DNA of 64,000 nt from the human T2T-CHM13v2.0 reference genome, Homo sapiens. The position numbers and the translations under genes were made by a program. Every line of letters starts with the position of its first letter. Positions within the stretch are counted from its first letter, which is position 1. Location of the stretch: assembly GCF_009914755.1 (NCBI RefSeq), contig NC_060939.1; one strand, written 5' to 3'. Below the pieces are notes generated by a model. It was not told the DNA's origin, ran no database searches, and was given only the letters and a program-made list of their open reading frames with translations. Positions 26,851 through 41,890 of the stretch are shown here, one piece after another.

Positions 26851-29800
26851 TTTCGCGTCCATTCCATTCCATTTCACTCCATTCGATTCCATTCCACTCG
26901 ATTCCACTTTGTTCCATTTCATTGCATTCCATTCTATTCAACTCTATTGCCTTCCATTCTATTCCATTCGATTACATTCCATGCGATTCCATTCGAAATC
27001 GAATCAATTACATTGCAATCCATTACTATTGAGTCCGTTTTATTCCAGTCCACTGCATTCTGGTCCATTCCATTTGATTCCATTCCATTCTATTCCATTC
27101 CATACAGTTGCATTCATTTGGATTCCATGCTATATCTATAAATTCAATTCGAGACCATTGCTTTTGAGTCCATTCTATATGATTCCATTCCATTCAAGTC
27201 CACTACATTTGGTTCAATTCCATTCCATTCCATTCCCTTCCATTCCATTCCATTTGATATCAATCCATTCGATTCCATTCCATTCGAGCACATTCCATTC
27301 GAGTCCATTCCATTCGATGCCATTCCATTTGATTCTATTCCATTAGTCTCCATTCAATTCCATTAATCTCCATTCCATTCCATTCTACTCCAACTGATTC
27401 CATTCCATTCTATTCCTTTCCATTCCATTTCATTCCATTCCATTCCATTTCATTCCATTCCATTCCATTCGCTTCCATTCCATTCGTGTCCATTCCACTC
27501 CAGTCCATTCCATTCGTGTCCATTCCATTCCAGTCCATTCCATTTGTGTCCACTGCATTCCATTCCACTCCATTCCATATTATTCCATTACACTCCATTC
27601 CATTCTATTACTTTCATTTCCATTCAATTCCATTCCATTTGATTCCATTCCACTCGGTTTCATTCCATTTGAGTCCACTCCATTCCATTCCATTCCATTC
27701 CATTCCATTCAGTTCCATTCCATTCTGTTCCATTCCATTCCGTTCCATTGCATTCCATTCCATTCGGTACCATTCCATATTTTTCCATTCGATTCCATTC
27801 GAATCCATTCCATTCCAGTCCATTCCATTCGATTCCATTCCATTCATTTCAATTCCATTCCATTCCATTCCATTCCATTCCATTACATTCCACTTGATTC
27901 CTCTCCATTCCCTTCCACTGCATTCCGTTCGATTCCATTCCATTGCATTGCATTCCATTCCATTGGATTGCATTCCATTCGATTCCATTCCATTCGAATC
28001 AATTACATAGCAATCCATTACATTCGAGTCTATTCTATTCCGTTCCATTCGATTTCGTTCCAATCCATTCGATTCCATTCCATTCGATTCCATTCCATAC
28101 TATTGCATTCCATTCGATTACATTATATTCGAATAAGTTCCATTCAAGACCATTTCTTTTGAGTCCATTCTATTTGAGTCCATTCCCTTTGATTCCATAA
28201 CATTTGAGTCCATTCAATTCCATTCCTTTCGTTTCCATTCCATTTGATGCCATTCCATTCAATTCTGTTCTACTCGACTCCAATACATTCAATTCCATTC
28301 CATCCGATTCCATTACATTCTTTTCATTTCTTATCCATTTCAAGCCATTCCACTCCATTCCATTCCACTCGTTTCCTTTCCATTCGAGTCCATTCCTCTC
28401 CAGTCCATTCCGTTCAATCCATTCCATTCCAGTCCATTCCATTCGAGTCCGTTCCATTCCAGTCCATTCCATTCGAGTCAATTCCATTCCATTCGATGTC
28501 TTTCCATAACGATCCATTCCATTCTATTCCTTTCGATTCCATTCCATTCTATTTCATTCCATTCGATTCCCTTCCATTGGACTCCTTTCCATTCGAGTGC
28601 ATTCCATTCCGTTCCATTTCTTACCGTTCTGTACGATTCCTACCGTTCGATTTCATTTTGTTCCAGTCCATTCCTTTCGCGTCCATTCCATTCCATTTCA
28701 CTCCATTCGATTCCATTCCACTCGATTCCACTTCGTTCCATTTCATTGCATTCCATTCCATTCAACTCTATTGCCTTCCATTCCATTCCTTTCGATTACA
28801 TTCCATGCGATTCCATTCGAAATCGAATCAATTACATTGCAATCCATTACTATTGAGTCCATTTTATTTCAGTCCACTGCATTCTGGTCCATTCCATTTG
28901 ATTCCATTCCATTCTATTCCATTCCATACAGTTGCATTCCATTGGATTCCATTCTATATCTATAAATTCAATTCGAGACCATTGCTTTTGAATCCATTCT
29001 ATATGATTCCATTCCATTCAAGTCCATTACATTTGGTTCAATTCCATTCCATTCCATTCCCTTCCATTCCATTCCAGTTGATATCAATCCATTCGATTCC
29101 ATTCCATTCGAGCACATTCCATTTGAGTCCATTCCATTCGATGCCATTCCATTTGATTCTATTCCATTAGTCTCCATTCAATTCCATTAATCTCCATTCC
29201 ATTCCATTCTACTCCAACTGATTCCATTCCATTCTATTCCTTTCCATTCCATTTCATTCCATTCCATTCCATTTCATTCCATTCCATTCCATTCGCTTCC
29301 ATTCCATTCGTGTCCATTCCACTCCAGTCCATTCCATTCGTGTCCATTCCATTCCAGTCCATTCCATTTGTGTCCACTGCATTCCATTCCACTCCATTCC
29401 ATATTATTCCATTACACTCCATTCCATTCTATTACTTTCATTTCCATTCAATTCCATTCCATTTGATTCCATTCCACTCGGTTTCATTCCATTTGAGTCC
29501 ACTCCATTCCATTCCATTCCATTCCATTCCATTCAGTTCCATTCCATTCTGTTCCATTCCATTCCGTTCCATTGCATTCCATTCCATTCGGTACCATTCC
29601 ATATTTTTCCATTCGATTCCATTCGAATCCATTCCATTCCAGTCCATTCCATTCGATTCCATTCCATTCCTTTCAATTCCATTCCATTCCATTCCATTCC
29701 ACTTGATTCCACTCCATTCCCTTCCACTGCATTCCATTCGATTCCATTCCATTGCATTGCATTCCATTCCATTGGACTGCATTCCATTCGATTCCATTCC

Positions 29801-32800
29801 ATTCGAATCAATTACATAGCAATCCATTACATTCGAGTCTATTCTATTCCGTTCCATTCGATTTCGTTCCAATCCATTCGATTCCATTCCATTCGATTCC
29901 ATTCCATACTATTGCATTCCATTCGATTACATTATATTCGAATAAGTTCCATTCAAGACCATTTCTTTTGAGTCCATTCTATTTGAGTCCATTCCCTTTG
30001 ATTCCATAACATTTGAGTCCATTCAATTCCATTCCTTTCGTTTGCATTCCATTTGATGCCATTCCATTCAATTCTGTTCTACTCGACTCCAATACATTCA
30101 ATTCCATTCCATCCGATTCCATTACATTATTTTCATTTCTTATCCATTTCAAGCCATTCCACTCCATTCCATTCCACTCGTTTCCTTTCCATTCGAGTCC
30201 ATTCCTCTCCAGTCCATTCCGTTCAATCCATTCCATTCCAGTCCATTCCATTCGAGTCCGTTCCATTCCAGTCCATTCCATTCGAGTCAATTCCATTCCA
30301 TTCGATGTCTTTCCATAACGATCCATTCCATTCTATTCCTTTCGATTCCATTCCATTCTATTTCATTCCATTCGATTCCCTTCCATTGGACTCCTTTCCA
30401 TTCGAGTGCATTCCATTCCGTTCCATTTCTTTCCGTTCTGTACGATTCCTACCGTTCGATTTCATTTTGTTCCAGTCCATTCCTTTCGCGTTCATTCCAT
30501 TCCATTTCACTCCATTCGATTCCATTCCACTCGATTCCACTTCGTTCCATTTCATTGCATTCCATTCTATTCAACTGTATTGCCTTCCATTCCATTCCAT
30601 TCGATTACATTCCATGCGATTCCATTCGAAATCGAATCAATTACATTGCAATCCATTACTATTGAGTCCGTTTTATTCCAGTCCACAGCATTCTGGTCCA
30701 TTCCATTTGATTCCATTCCATTTTATTCCATTCCATACAGTTGCATTCCATTGGATTCCATGCTATATCTATAAATTCAATTCGAGACCATTGCCTTTGA
30801 GTCCATTCTATATGATTCCATTCCATTCAAGTCCATTACATTTGGTTCAATTCCATTCCATTCCATTCCCTTCCATTCCATTCCAGTTGATATCAATCCA
30901 TTCGATTCCATTCCATTCGAGCACATTCCATTCGAGTCCATTCCATTCGATGCCATTCCATTTGATTCTATTCCATTAGTCTCCATTCAATTCCATTAAT
31001 CTCCATTCCATTCCATTCTACTCCAACTGATTCCATTCCATTCTAATCCTTTCCATTCCATTTCATTCCATTCCATTCCATTTCATTCCATTCCATTCCA
31101 TTCGTGTCCATTCCACTCCAGTCCATTCCATTCGTGTCCATTCCATTCCAGTCCATTCCATTTGTGTCCACTGCATTCCATTCCACTCCATTCCATATTA
31201 TTCCATTACACTCCATTCCATTCTATTACTTTCATTTCCATTCAATTCCATTCCATTTGGTTCCATTCCACTCGGTTTCATTCCATTTGAGTCCACTCAA
31301 TTCCATTCCATTCCATTCCATTCCATTCCATTCAGTTCCATTCCATTCTGTTCCATTCCATTCCGTTCCATTACATTCCATTCCATTCGGTACCATTCCA
31401 TATTGTTCCATTCGATTCCATTCGAATCCATTCCATTCCAGTCCATTCCATTCGATTCCATTCCATTCATTTCAATTCCATTCCATTCCATTCCATTCCA
31501 TTCCATTACATTCCACTTGATTCCTCTCCATTCCCTTCCACTGCATTCCGTTCGATTCCATTCCATTGCATTGCATTCCATTCCATTGGATTGCATTCCA
31601 TTCGATTCCATTCCATTCGAATCAATTACATAGCAATCCATTACATTCGAGTCTATTCTATTCCGTTCCATTCGATTTCGTTCCAATCCATTCGATTCCA
31701 TTCCATTCGATTCCATTCCATACTATTGCATTCCATTCGATTACATTATATTCGAATAAGTTCCATTCAAGACCATTTCTTTTGAGTCCATTCTATTTGA
31801 GTCCATTCCCTTTGATTCCATAACATTTGAGTCCATTCAATTCCATTCCTTTCGTTTCCATTCCATTTGATGCCATTCCATTCAATTCTGTTCTACTCGA
31901 CTCCAATACATTCAATTCCATTCCATCCGATTCCATTACATTCTTTTCATTTCTTATCCATTTCAAGCCATTCCACTCCATTCCATTCCACTCGTTTCCT
32001 TTCCATTCGAGTCCATTCCTCTCCAGTCCATTCCGTTCAATCCATTCCATTCCAGTCCATTCCATTCGAGTCCGTTCCATTCCAGTCCAATCCATTCGAG
32101 TCAATTCCATCCCATTCGATGTCTTTCCATAACGATCCATTCCATTCTATTCCTTTCGATTCCATTCCATTCTATTTCATTCCATTCGATTCCCTTCCAT
32201 TGGACTCCTTTCCATTCGAGTGCATTCCATTCCGTTCCATTTCTTTCCGTTCTGTACGATTCCTACCGTTCGATTTCATTTTGTTCCAGTCCATTCCTTT
32301 CGCGTCCATTCCATTCCATTTCACTCCATTCGATTCCATTCCACTCGATTCCACTTCGTTCCATTTCATTGCATTCCATTCTATTCAACTCTATTGCCTT
32401 CCATTCCATTCCATTCAATTACATTCCATGCGATTCCATTCGAAATCGAATCAATTACATTGCAATCCATTACTATTGAGTCCATTTTATTCCAGTCCAC
32501 TGCATTCTGGTCCATTCCATATGATTCCATTCCATTCTATTCCATTCCATACAGTTGCATTCCATTGGATTCCATTCTATATCTATAAATTCAATTGGAG
32601 ACCATTGCTTTTGAGTCCATTCTATATGATTCCATTCCATTCAAGTCCATTACATTTGGTTCAATTCCATTCCATTCCATTCCCTTCCATTCCATTCCAG
32701 TTGATATCAATCCATTCGATTCCATTCCATTCGAGCACATTCCATTCGAGTCCATTCCATTCGATGCCATTCCATTTGATTCTATTCCATTAGTCTCCAT

Positions 32801-35800
32801 TCAATTCCATTAATCTCCATTCCATTCCATTCTACTCCAACTGATTCCATTCCATTCTATTCCTTTCCATTCCATTTCATTCCATTCCATTCCATTTCAT
32901 TCCATTCCATTCCATTCGCTTCCATTCCATTCGTGTCCATTCCACTCCAGTCGATTCCATTTGTGTCCACTGCATTCCATTCCACTCCATTCCATATTAT
33001 TCCATTACACTCCATTCCATTCTATTACTTTCATTTCCATTCAATTCCATTCCATTTGATTCCATTCCACTCGGTTTCATTCCATTTGAGTCCACTCCAT
33101 TCCATTCCATTCCATTCCATTCCATTCAGTTCCATTCCATTCTGTTCCATTCCATTCCGTTCCATTGCATTCCATTCCATTCGGTACCATTCCATATTGT
33201 TCCATTCGATTCCATTCGAATCCATTCCATTCCAGTCCATTCCATTCGATTCCATTCCATTCCTTTCAATTCCATTCCATTCCATTCCATTCCACTTGAT
33301 TCCACTCCATTCCCTTCCACTGCATTCCATTCGATTCCATTCCATTGCATTGCATTCCATTCCATTGGACTGCATTCCATTCGATTCCATTCCATTCGAA
33401 TCAATTACATAGCAATCCATTACATTCGAGTCTATTCTATTCCGTTCCATTCGATTTCGTTCCAATCCATTCGATTCCATTCCATTCGATTCCATTCCAT
33501 ACTATTGCATTCCATTCGATTACATTATATTCGAATAAGTTCCATTCAAGACCATTTCTTTTGAGTCCATTCTATTTGAGTCCATTCCCTTTGATTCCAT
33601 AACATTTGAGTCCATTCAATTCCATTCCTTTCGTTTCCATTCCATTTGATGCCATTCCATTCAATTCTGTTCTACTCGACTCCAATACATTCAATTCCAT
33701 TCCATCCGATTCCATTACATTCTTTTCATTTCTTATCCATTTCAAGCCATTCCACTCCATTCCATTCCACTCGTTTCCTTTCCATTCGAGTCCATTCCTC
33801 TCCAGTCCATTCCGTTCAATCCATTCCATTCCAGTCCATTCCATTCGAGTCCGTTCCATTCCAGTCCATTCCATTCGAGTCAATTCCATCCCATTCGATG
33901 TCTTTCCATAACGATCCATTCCATTCTATTCCTTTCGATTCCATTCCATTCTATTTCATTCCATTCGATTCCCTTCCATTGGACTCCTTTCCATTAGAGT
34001 GCATTCCATTCCGTTCCATTTCTTTCCGTTCTGTACGATTCCTACCGTTCGATTTCATTTTGTTCCAGTCCATTCCTTTCGCGTCCATTCCATTCCATTT
34101 CACTCCATTCGATTCCATTCCACTCGATTCCACTTCGTTCCATTTCATTGCATTCCATTCTATTCAACTCTATTGTCTTCCATTCCATTCCATTCGATTA
34201 CATTCCATGCGATTCCATTCGAAATCGAATCAATTACATTACAATCCATTACTATTGAGTCCGTTTTATTCCAGTCCACTGCATTCTGGTCCATTCCATT
34301 TGATTCCATTCCATTTTATTCCATTCCATACAGTTGCATTCCATTGGATTCCATGCTATATCTATAAATTCAATTCGAGACCATTGCTTTTGATTCCATT
34401 CTATATGTTTCCATTCCATTCAAGTCCATTACATTTGGTTCAATTCCATTCCATTCCATTCCCTTCCATTCCATTCCAGTTGATATCAATCCATTCGATT
34501 CCATTCCATTCGAGCACATTCCATTCGAGTCCATTCCATTCGATGCCATTCCATTTGATTCTATTCCATTAGTCTCCATTCAATTCCATTAATCTCCATT
34601 CCATTCCATTCTACTCCAACTGATTCCATTCCATTCTATTCCTTTCCATTCCATTTCATTCCATTCCATTCCATTCCCTTCCATTCCATTCGTGTCCATT
34701 CCACTCCAGTCGATTCCATTTGTGTCCACTGCATTCCATTCCACTCCATTCCATATTATTCCATTACACTCCATTCCATTCTATTACTTTCATTTCCATT
34801 CAATTCCATTCCATTTGATTCCATTCCACTCGGTTTCATTCCATTTGAGTCCACTCCATTCCATTCCATTCCATTCCATTCCATTCAGTTCCATTCCATT
34901 CTGTTCCATTCCATTCCGTTCCATTGCATTCCATTCCATTCGGTACCATTCCATATTGTTCCATTCGATTCCATTCGAATCCATTCCATTCCAGTCCATT
35001 CCATTCGATTCCATTCCATTCCTTTCAATTCCATTCCATTCCATTCCATTCCACTTGATTCCACTCCATTCCCTTCCACTGCATTCCATTCGATTCCATT
35101 CCATTGCATTGCATTCCATTCCATTGGACTGCATTCCATTCGATTCCATTCCATTCGAATCAATTACATAGCAATCCATTACATTCGAGTCTATTCTATT
35201 CCGTTCCATTCGATTTCGTTCCAATCCATTCGATTCCATTCCATTCGATTCCATTCCATACTATTGCATTCCATTCGATTACATTATATTCGAATAAGTT
35301 CCATTCAAGACCATTTCTTTTGAGTCCATTCTATTTGAGTCCATTCCCTTTGATTCCATAACATTTGAGTCCATTCAATTCCATTCCTTTCGTTTCCATT
35401 CCATTTGATGCCATTCCATTCAATTCTGTTCTACTCGACTCCAATACATTCAATTCCATTCCATCCGATTCCATTACATTCTTTTCATTTCTTATCCATT
35501 TCAAGCCATTCCACTCCATTCCATTCCACTCGTTTCCTTTCCATTCGAGTCCATTCCTCTCCAGTCCATTCCGTTCAATCCATTCCATTCCAGTCCATTC
35601 CATTCGAGTCCGTTCCATTCCAGTCCATTCCATTCGAGTCAATTCCATCCCATTCGATGTCTTTCCATAACGATCCATTCCATTCTATTCCTTTCGATTC
35701 CATTCCATTCTATTTCATTCCATTCGATTCCCTTCCATTGGACTCCTTTCCATTAGAGTGCATTCCATTCCGTTCCATTTCTTTCCGTTCTGTACGATTC

Positions 35801-38800
35801 CTACCGTTCGATTTCATTTTGTTCCAGTCCATTCCTTTCGCGTCCATTCCATTCCATTTCACTCCATTCGATTCCATTCCACTCGATTCCACTTTGTTCC
35901 ATTTCATTGCATTCCATTCTATTCAACTCTATTGCCTTCCGTTCTATTCCATTCGATTACATTCCATGCGATTCCATTCGAAATCGAATCAATTACATTG
36001 CAATCCATTACTATTGAGTCCGTTTTATTCCAGTCCACTGCATTCTGGTCCATTCCATTTGATTCCATTCCATTCTATTCCATTCCATACAGTTGCATTC
36101 ATTTGGATTCCATGCTATATCTATAAATTCAATTCGAGACCATTGCTTTTGAGTCCATTCTATATGATTCCATTCCATTCAAGTCCACTACATTTGGTTC
36201 AATTCCATTCCATTCCATTCCCTTCCATTCCATTCCATTTGATATCAATCCATTCGATTCCATTCCATTCGAGCACATTCCATTCGAGTCCATTCCATTC
36301 GATGCCATTCCATTTGATTCTATTCCATTAGTCTCCATTCAATTCCATTAATCTCCATTCCATTCCATTCTACTCCAACTGATTCCATTCCATTCTATTC
36401 CTTTCCATTCCATTCCATTCCATTCCATTCCATTTCATTCCATTCCATTCCATTCGCTTCCATTCCATTCGTGTCCATTCCACTCCAGTCCATTCCATTC
36501 GTGTCCATTCCATTCCAGTCCATTCCATTTGTGTCCACTGCATTCCATTCCACTCCATTCCATATTATTCCATTACACTCCATTCCATTCTATTACTTTC
36601 ATTTCCATTCAATTCCATTCCATTTGATTCCATTCCACTCGGTTTCATTCCATTTGAGTCCACTCCATTCCATTCCATTCCATTCCATTCCATTCAGTTC
36701 CATTCCATTCTGTTCCATTCCATTCCGTTCCATTGCATTCCATTCCATTCGGTACCATTCCATATTTTTCCATTTGATTCCATTCGAATCCATTCCATTC
36801 CAGTCCATTCCATTCGATTCCATTCCATTCATTTCAATTCCATTCCATTCCATTCCATTCCATTCCATTACATTCCACTTGATTCCTCTCCATTCCCTTC
36901 CACTGCATTCCGTTCGATTCCATTCCATTGCATTGCATTCCATTCCATTGGATTGCATTCCATTCGATTCCATTCCATTCGAATCAATTACATAGCAATC
37001 CATTACATTCGAGTCTATTCTATTCCGTTCCATTCGATTTCGTTCCAATCCATTCGATTCCATTCCATTCGATTCCATTCCATACTATTGCATTCCATTC
37101 GATTACATTATATTCGAATAAGTTCCATTCAAGACCATTTCTTTTGAGTCCATTCTATTTGAGTCCATTCCCTTTGATTCCATAACATTTGAGTCCATTC
37201 AATTCCATTCCTTTCGTTTCCATTCCATTTGATGCCATTCCATTCAATTCTGTTCTACTCGACTCCAATACATTCAATTCCATTCCATCCGATTCCATTA
37301 CATTCTTTTCATTTCTTATCCATTTCAAGCCATTCCACTCCATTCCATTCCACTCGTTTCCTTTCCATTCGAGTCCATTCCTCTCCAGTCCATTCCGTTC
37401 AATCCATTCCATTCCAGTCCATTCCATTCGAGTCCGTTCCATTCCAGTCCATTCCATTCGAGTCAATTCCATTCCATTCGATGTCTTTCCATAACGATCC
37501 ATTCCATTCTATTCCTTTCGATTCCATTCCATTCTATTTCATTCCATTCGATTCCCTTCCATTGGACTCCTTTCCATTCGAGTGCATTCCATTCCGTTCC
37601 ATTTCTTACCGTTCTGTACGATTCCTACCGTTCGATTTCATTTTGTTCCAGTCCATTCCTTTCGCGTCCATTCCATTCCATTTCACTCCATTCGATTCCA
37701 TTCCACTCGATTCCACTTCGTTCCATTTCATTGCATTCCATTCCATTCAACTCTATTGCCTTCCATTCCATTCCTTTCGATTACATTCCATGCGATTCCA
37801 TTCGAAATCGAATCAATTACATTGCAATCCATTACTATTGAGTCCATTTTATTTCAGTCCACTGCATTCTGGTCCATTCCATTTGATTCCATTCCATTCT
37901 ATTCCATTCCATACAGTTGCATTCCATTGGATTCCATTCTATATCTATAAATTCAATTCGAGACCATTGCTTTTGAATCCATTCTATATGATTCCATTCC
38001 ATTCAAGTCCATTACATTTGGTTCAATTCCATTCCATTCCATTCCCTTCCATTCCATTCCAGTTGATATCAATCCATTCGATTCCATTCCATTCGAGCAC
38101 ATTCCATTTGAGTCCATTCCATTCGATGCCATTCCATTTGATTCTATTCCATTAGTCTCCATTCAATTCCATTAATCTCCATTCCATTCCATTCTACTCC
38201 AACTGATTCCATTCCATTCTATTCCTTTCCATTCCATTTCATTCCATTCCATTCCATTTCATTCCATTCCATTCCATTCGCTTCCATTCCATTCGTGTCC
38301 ATTCCACTCCAGTCCATTCCATTCGTGTCCATTCCATTCCAGTCCATTCCATTTGTGTCCACTGCATTCCATTCCACTCCATTCCATATTATTCCATTAC
38401 ACTCCATTCCATTCTATTACTTTCATTTCCATTCAATTCCATTCCATTTGATTCCATTCCACTCGGTTTCATTCCATTTGAGTCCACTCCATTCCATTCC
38501 ATTCCATTCCATTCCATTCAGTTCCATTCCATTCTGTTCCATTCCATTCCGTTCCATTGCATTCCATTCCATTCGGTACCATTCCATATTTTTCCATTCG
38601 ATTCCATTCGAATCCATTCCATTCCAGTCCATTCCATTCGATTCCATTCCATTCCTTTCAATTCCATTCCATTCCATTCCATTCCACTTGATTCCACTCC
38701 ATTCCCTTCCACTGCATTCCATTCGATTCCATTCCATTGCATTGCATTCCATTCCATTGGACTGCATTCCATTCGATTCCATTCCATTCGAATCAATTAC

Positions 38801-41800
38801 ATAGCAATCCATTACATTCGAGTCTATTCTATTCCGTTCCATTCGATTTCGTTCCAATCCATTCGATTCCATTCCATTCGATTCCATTCCATACTATTGC
38901 ATTCCATTCGATTACATTATATTCGAATAAGTTCCATTCAAGACCATTTCTTTTGAGTCCATTCTATTTGAGTCCATTCCCTTTGATTCCATAACATTTG
39001 AGTCCATTCAATTCCATTCCTTTCGTTTGCATTCCATTTGATGCCATTCCATTCAATTCTGTTCTACTCGACTCCAATACATTCAATTCCATTCCATCCG
39101 ATTCCATTACATTATTTTCATTTCTTATCCATTTCAAGCCATTCCACTCCATTCCATTCCACTCGTTTCCTTTCCATTCGAGTCCATTCCTCTCCAGTCC
39201 ATTCCGTTCAATCCATTCCATTCCAGTCCATTCCATTCGAGTCCGTTCCATTCCAGTCCATTCCATTCGAGTCAATTCCATTCCATTCGATGTCTTTCCA
39301 TAACGATCCATTCCATTCTATTCCTTTCGATTCCATTCCATTCTATTTCATTCCATTCGATTCCCTTCCATTGGACTCCTTTCCATTCGAGTGCATTCCA
39401 TTCCGTTCCATTTCTTTCCGTTCTGTACGATTCCTACCGTTCGATTTCATTTTGTTCCAGTCCATTCCTTTCGCGTTCATTCCATTCCATTTCACTCCAT
39501 TCGATTCCATTCCACTCGATTCCACTTCGTTCCATTTCATTGCATTCCATTCTATTCAACTGTATTGCCTTCCATTCCATTCCATTCGATTACATTCCAT
39601 GCGATTCCATTCGAAATCGAATCAATTACATTGCAATCCATTACTATTGAGTCCGTTTTATTCCAGTCCACAGCATTCTGGTCCATTCCATTTGATTCCA
39701 TTCCATTTTATTCCATTCCATACAGTTGCATTCCATTGGATTCCATGCTATATCTATAAATTCAATTCGAGACCATTGCCTTTGAGTCCATTCTATATGA
39801 TTCCATTCCATTCAAGTCCATTACATTTGGTTCAATTCCATTCCATTCCATTCCCTTCCATTCCATTCCAGTTGATATCAATCCATTCGATTCCATTCCA
39901 TTCGAGCACATTCCATTCGAGTCCATTCCATTCGATGCCATTCCATTTGATTCTATTCCATTAGTCTCCATTCAATTCCATTAATCTCCATTCCATTCCA
40001 TTCTACTCCAACTGATTCCATTCCATTCTAATCCTTTCCATTCCATTTCATTCCATTCCATTCCATTTCATTCCATTCCATTCCATTCGTGTCCATTCCA
40101 CTCCAGTCCATTCCATTCGTGTCCATTCCATTCCAGTCCATTCCATTTGTGTCCACTGCATTCCATTCCACTCCATTCCATATTATTCCATTACACTCCA
40201 TTCCATTCTATTACTTTCATTTCCATTCAATTCCATTCCATTTGGTTCCATTCCACTCGGTTTCATTCCATTTGAGTCCACTCAATTCCATTCCATTCCA
40301 TTCCATTCCATTCCATTCAGTTCCATTCCATTCTGTTCCATTCCATTCCGTTCCATTACATTCCATTCCATTCGGTACCATTCCATATTGTTCCATTCGA
40401 TTCCATTCGAATCCATTCCATTCCAGTCCATTCCATTCGATTCCATTCCATTCATTTCAATTCCATTCCATTCCATTCCATTCCACTTGATTCCACTCCA
40501 TTCCCTTCCACTGCATTCCATTCGATTCCATTCCATTGCATTGCATTCCATTCCATTGGACTGCATTCCATTCGATTCCATTCCATTCGAATCAATTACA
40601 TAGCAATCCATTACATTCGAGTCTATTCTATTCCGTTCCATTCGATTTCGTTCCAATCCATTCGATTCCATTCCATTCGATTCCATTCCATACTATTGCA
40701 TTCCATTCGATTACATTATATTCGAATAAGTTCCATTCAAGACCATTTCTTTTGAGTCCATTCTATTTGAGTCCATTCCCTTTGATTCCATAACATTTGA
40801 GTCCATTCAATTCCATTCCTTTCGTTTCCATTCCATTTGATGCCATTCCATTCAATTCTGTTCTACTCGACTCCAATACATTCAATTCCATTCCATCCGA
40901 TTCCATTACATTCTTTTCATTTCTTATCCATTTCAAGCCATTCCACTCCATTCCATTCCACTCGTTTCCTTTCCATTCGAGTCCATTCCTCTCCAGTCCA
41001 TTCCGTTCAATCCATTCCATTCCAGTCCATTCCATTCGAGTCCGTTCCATTCCAGTCCAATCCATTCGAGTCAATTCCATCCCATTCGATGTCTTTCCAT
41101 AACGATCCATTCCATTCTATTCCTTTCGATTCCATTCCATTCTATTTCATTCCATTCGATTCCCTTCCATTGGACTCCTTTCCATTCGAGTGCATTCCAT
41201 TCCGTTCCATTTCTTTCCGTTCTGTACGATTCCTACCGTTCGATTTCATTTTGTTCCAGTCCATTCCTTTCGCGTCCATTCCATTCCATTTCACTCCATT
41301 CGATTCCATTCCACTCGATTCCACTTCGTTCCATTTCATTGCATTCCATTCTATTCAACTCTATTGCCTTCCATTCCATTCCATTCAATTACATTCCATG
41401 CGATTCCATTCGAAATCGAATCAATTACATTGCAATCCATTACTATTGAGTCCATTTTATTCCAGTCCACTGCATTCTGGTCCATTCCATATGATTCCAT
41501 TCCATTCTATTCCATTCCATACAGTTGCATTCCATTGGATTCCATTCTATATCTATAAATTCAATTGGAGACCATTGCTTTTGAGTCCATTCTATATGAT
41601 TCCATTCCATTCAAGTCCATTACATTTGGTTCAATTCCATTCCATTCCATTCCCTTCCATTCCATTCCAGTTGATATCAATCCATTCGATTCCATTCCAT
41701 TCGAGCACATTCCATTCGAGTCCATTCCATTCGATGCCATTCCATTTGATTCTATTCCATTAGTCTCCATTCAATTCCATTAATCTCCATTCCATTCCAT

Positions 41801-41890
41801 TCTACTCCAACTGATTCCATTCCATTCTATTCCTTTCCATTCCATTTCATTCCATTCCATTCCATTTCATTCCATTCCATTCCATTCGCT
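23930..41890 (+). repeat. Tandem duplication of a 5-unit (8985 bp) block; junction near 32915
   Basis: Anchors 25385/34370, 27144/36129, 28968/37953 and 30777/39762 are all offset by 8985. Shared rare variants include CAGTCGATT, CATTAGAGTG, TATTGTCTTC, CATTCATTTGG, ACATTATTTTC, CGCGTTCATT, CAACTGTATT and ATTTGGTTCCA. Confidence 0.9.
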
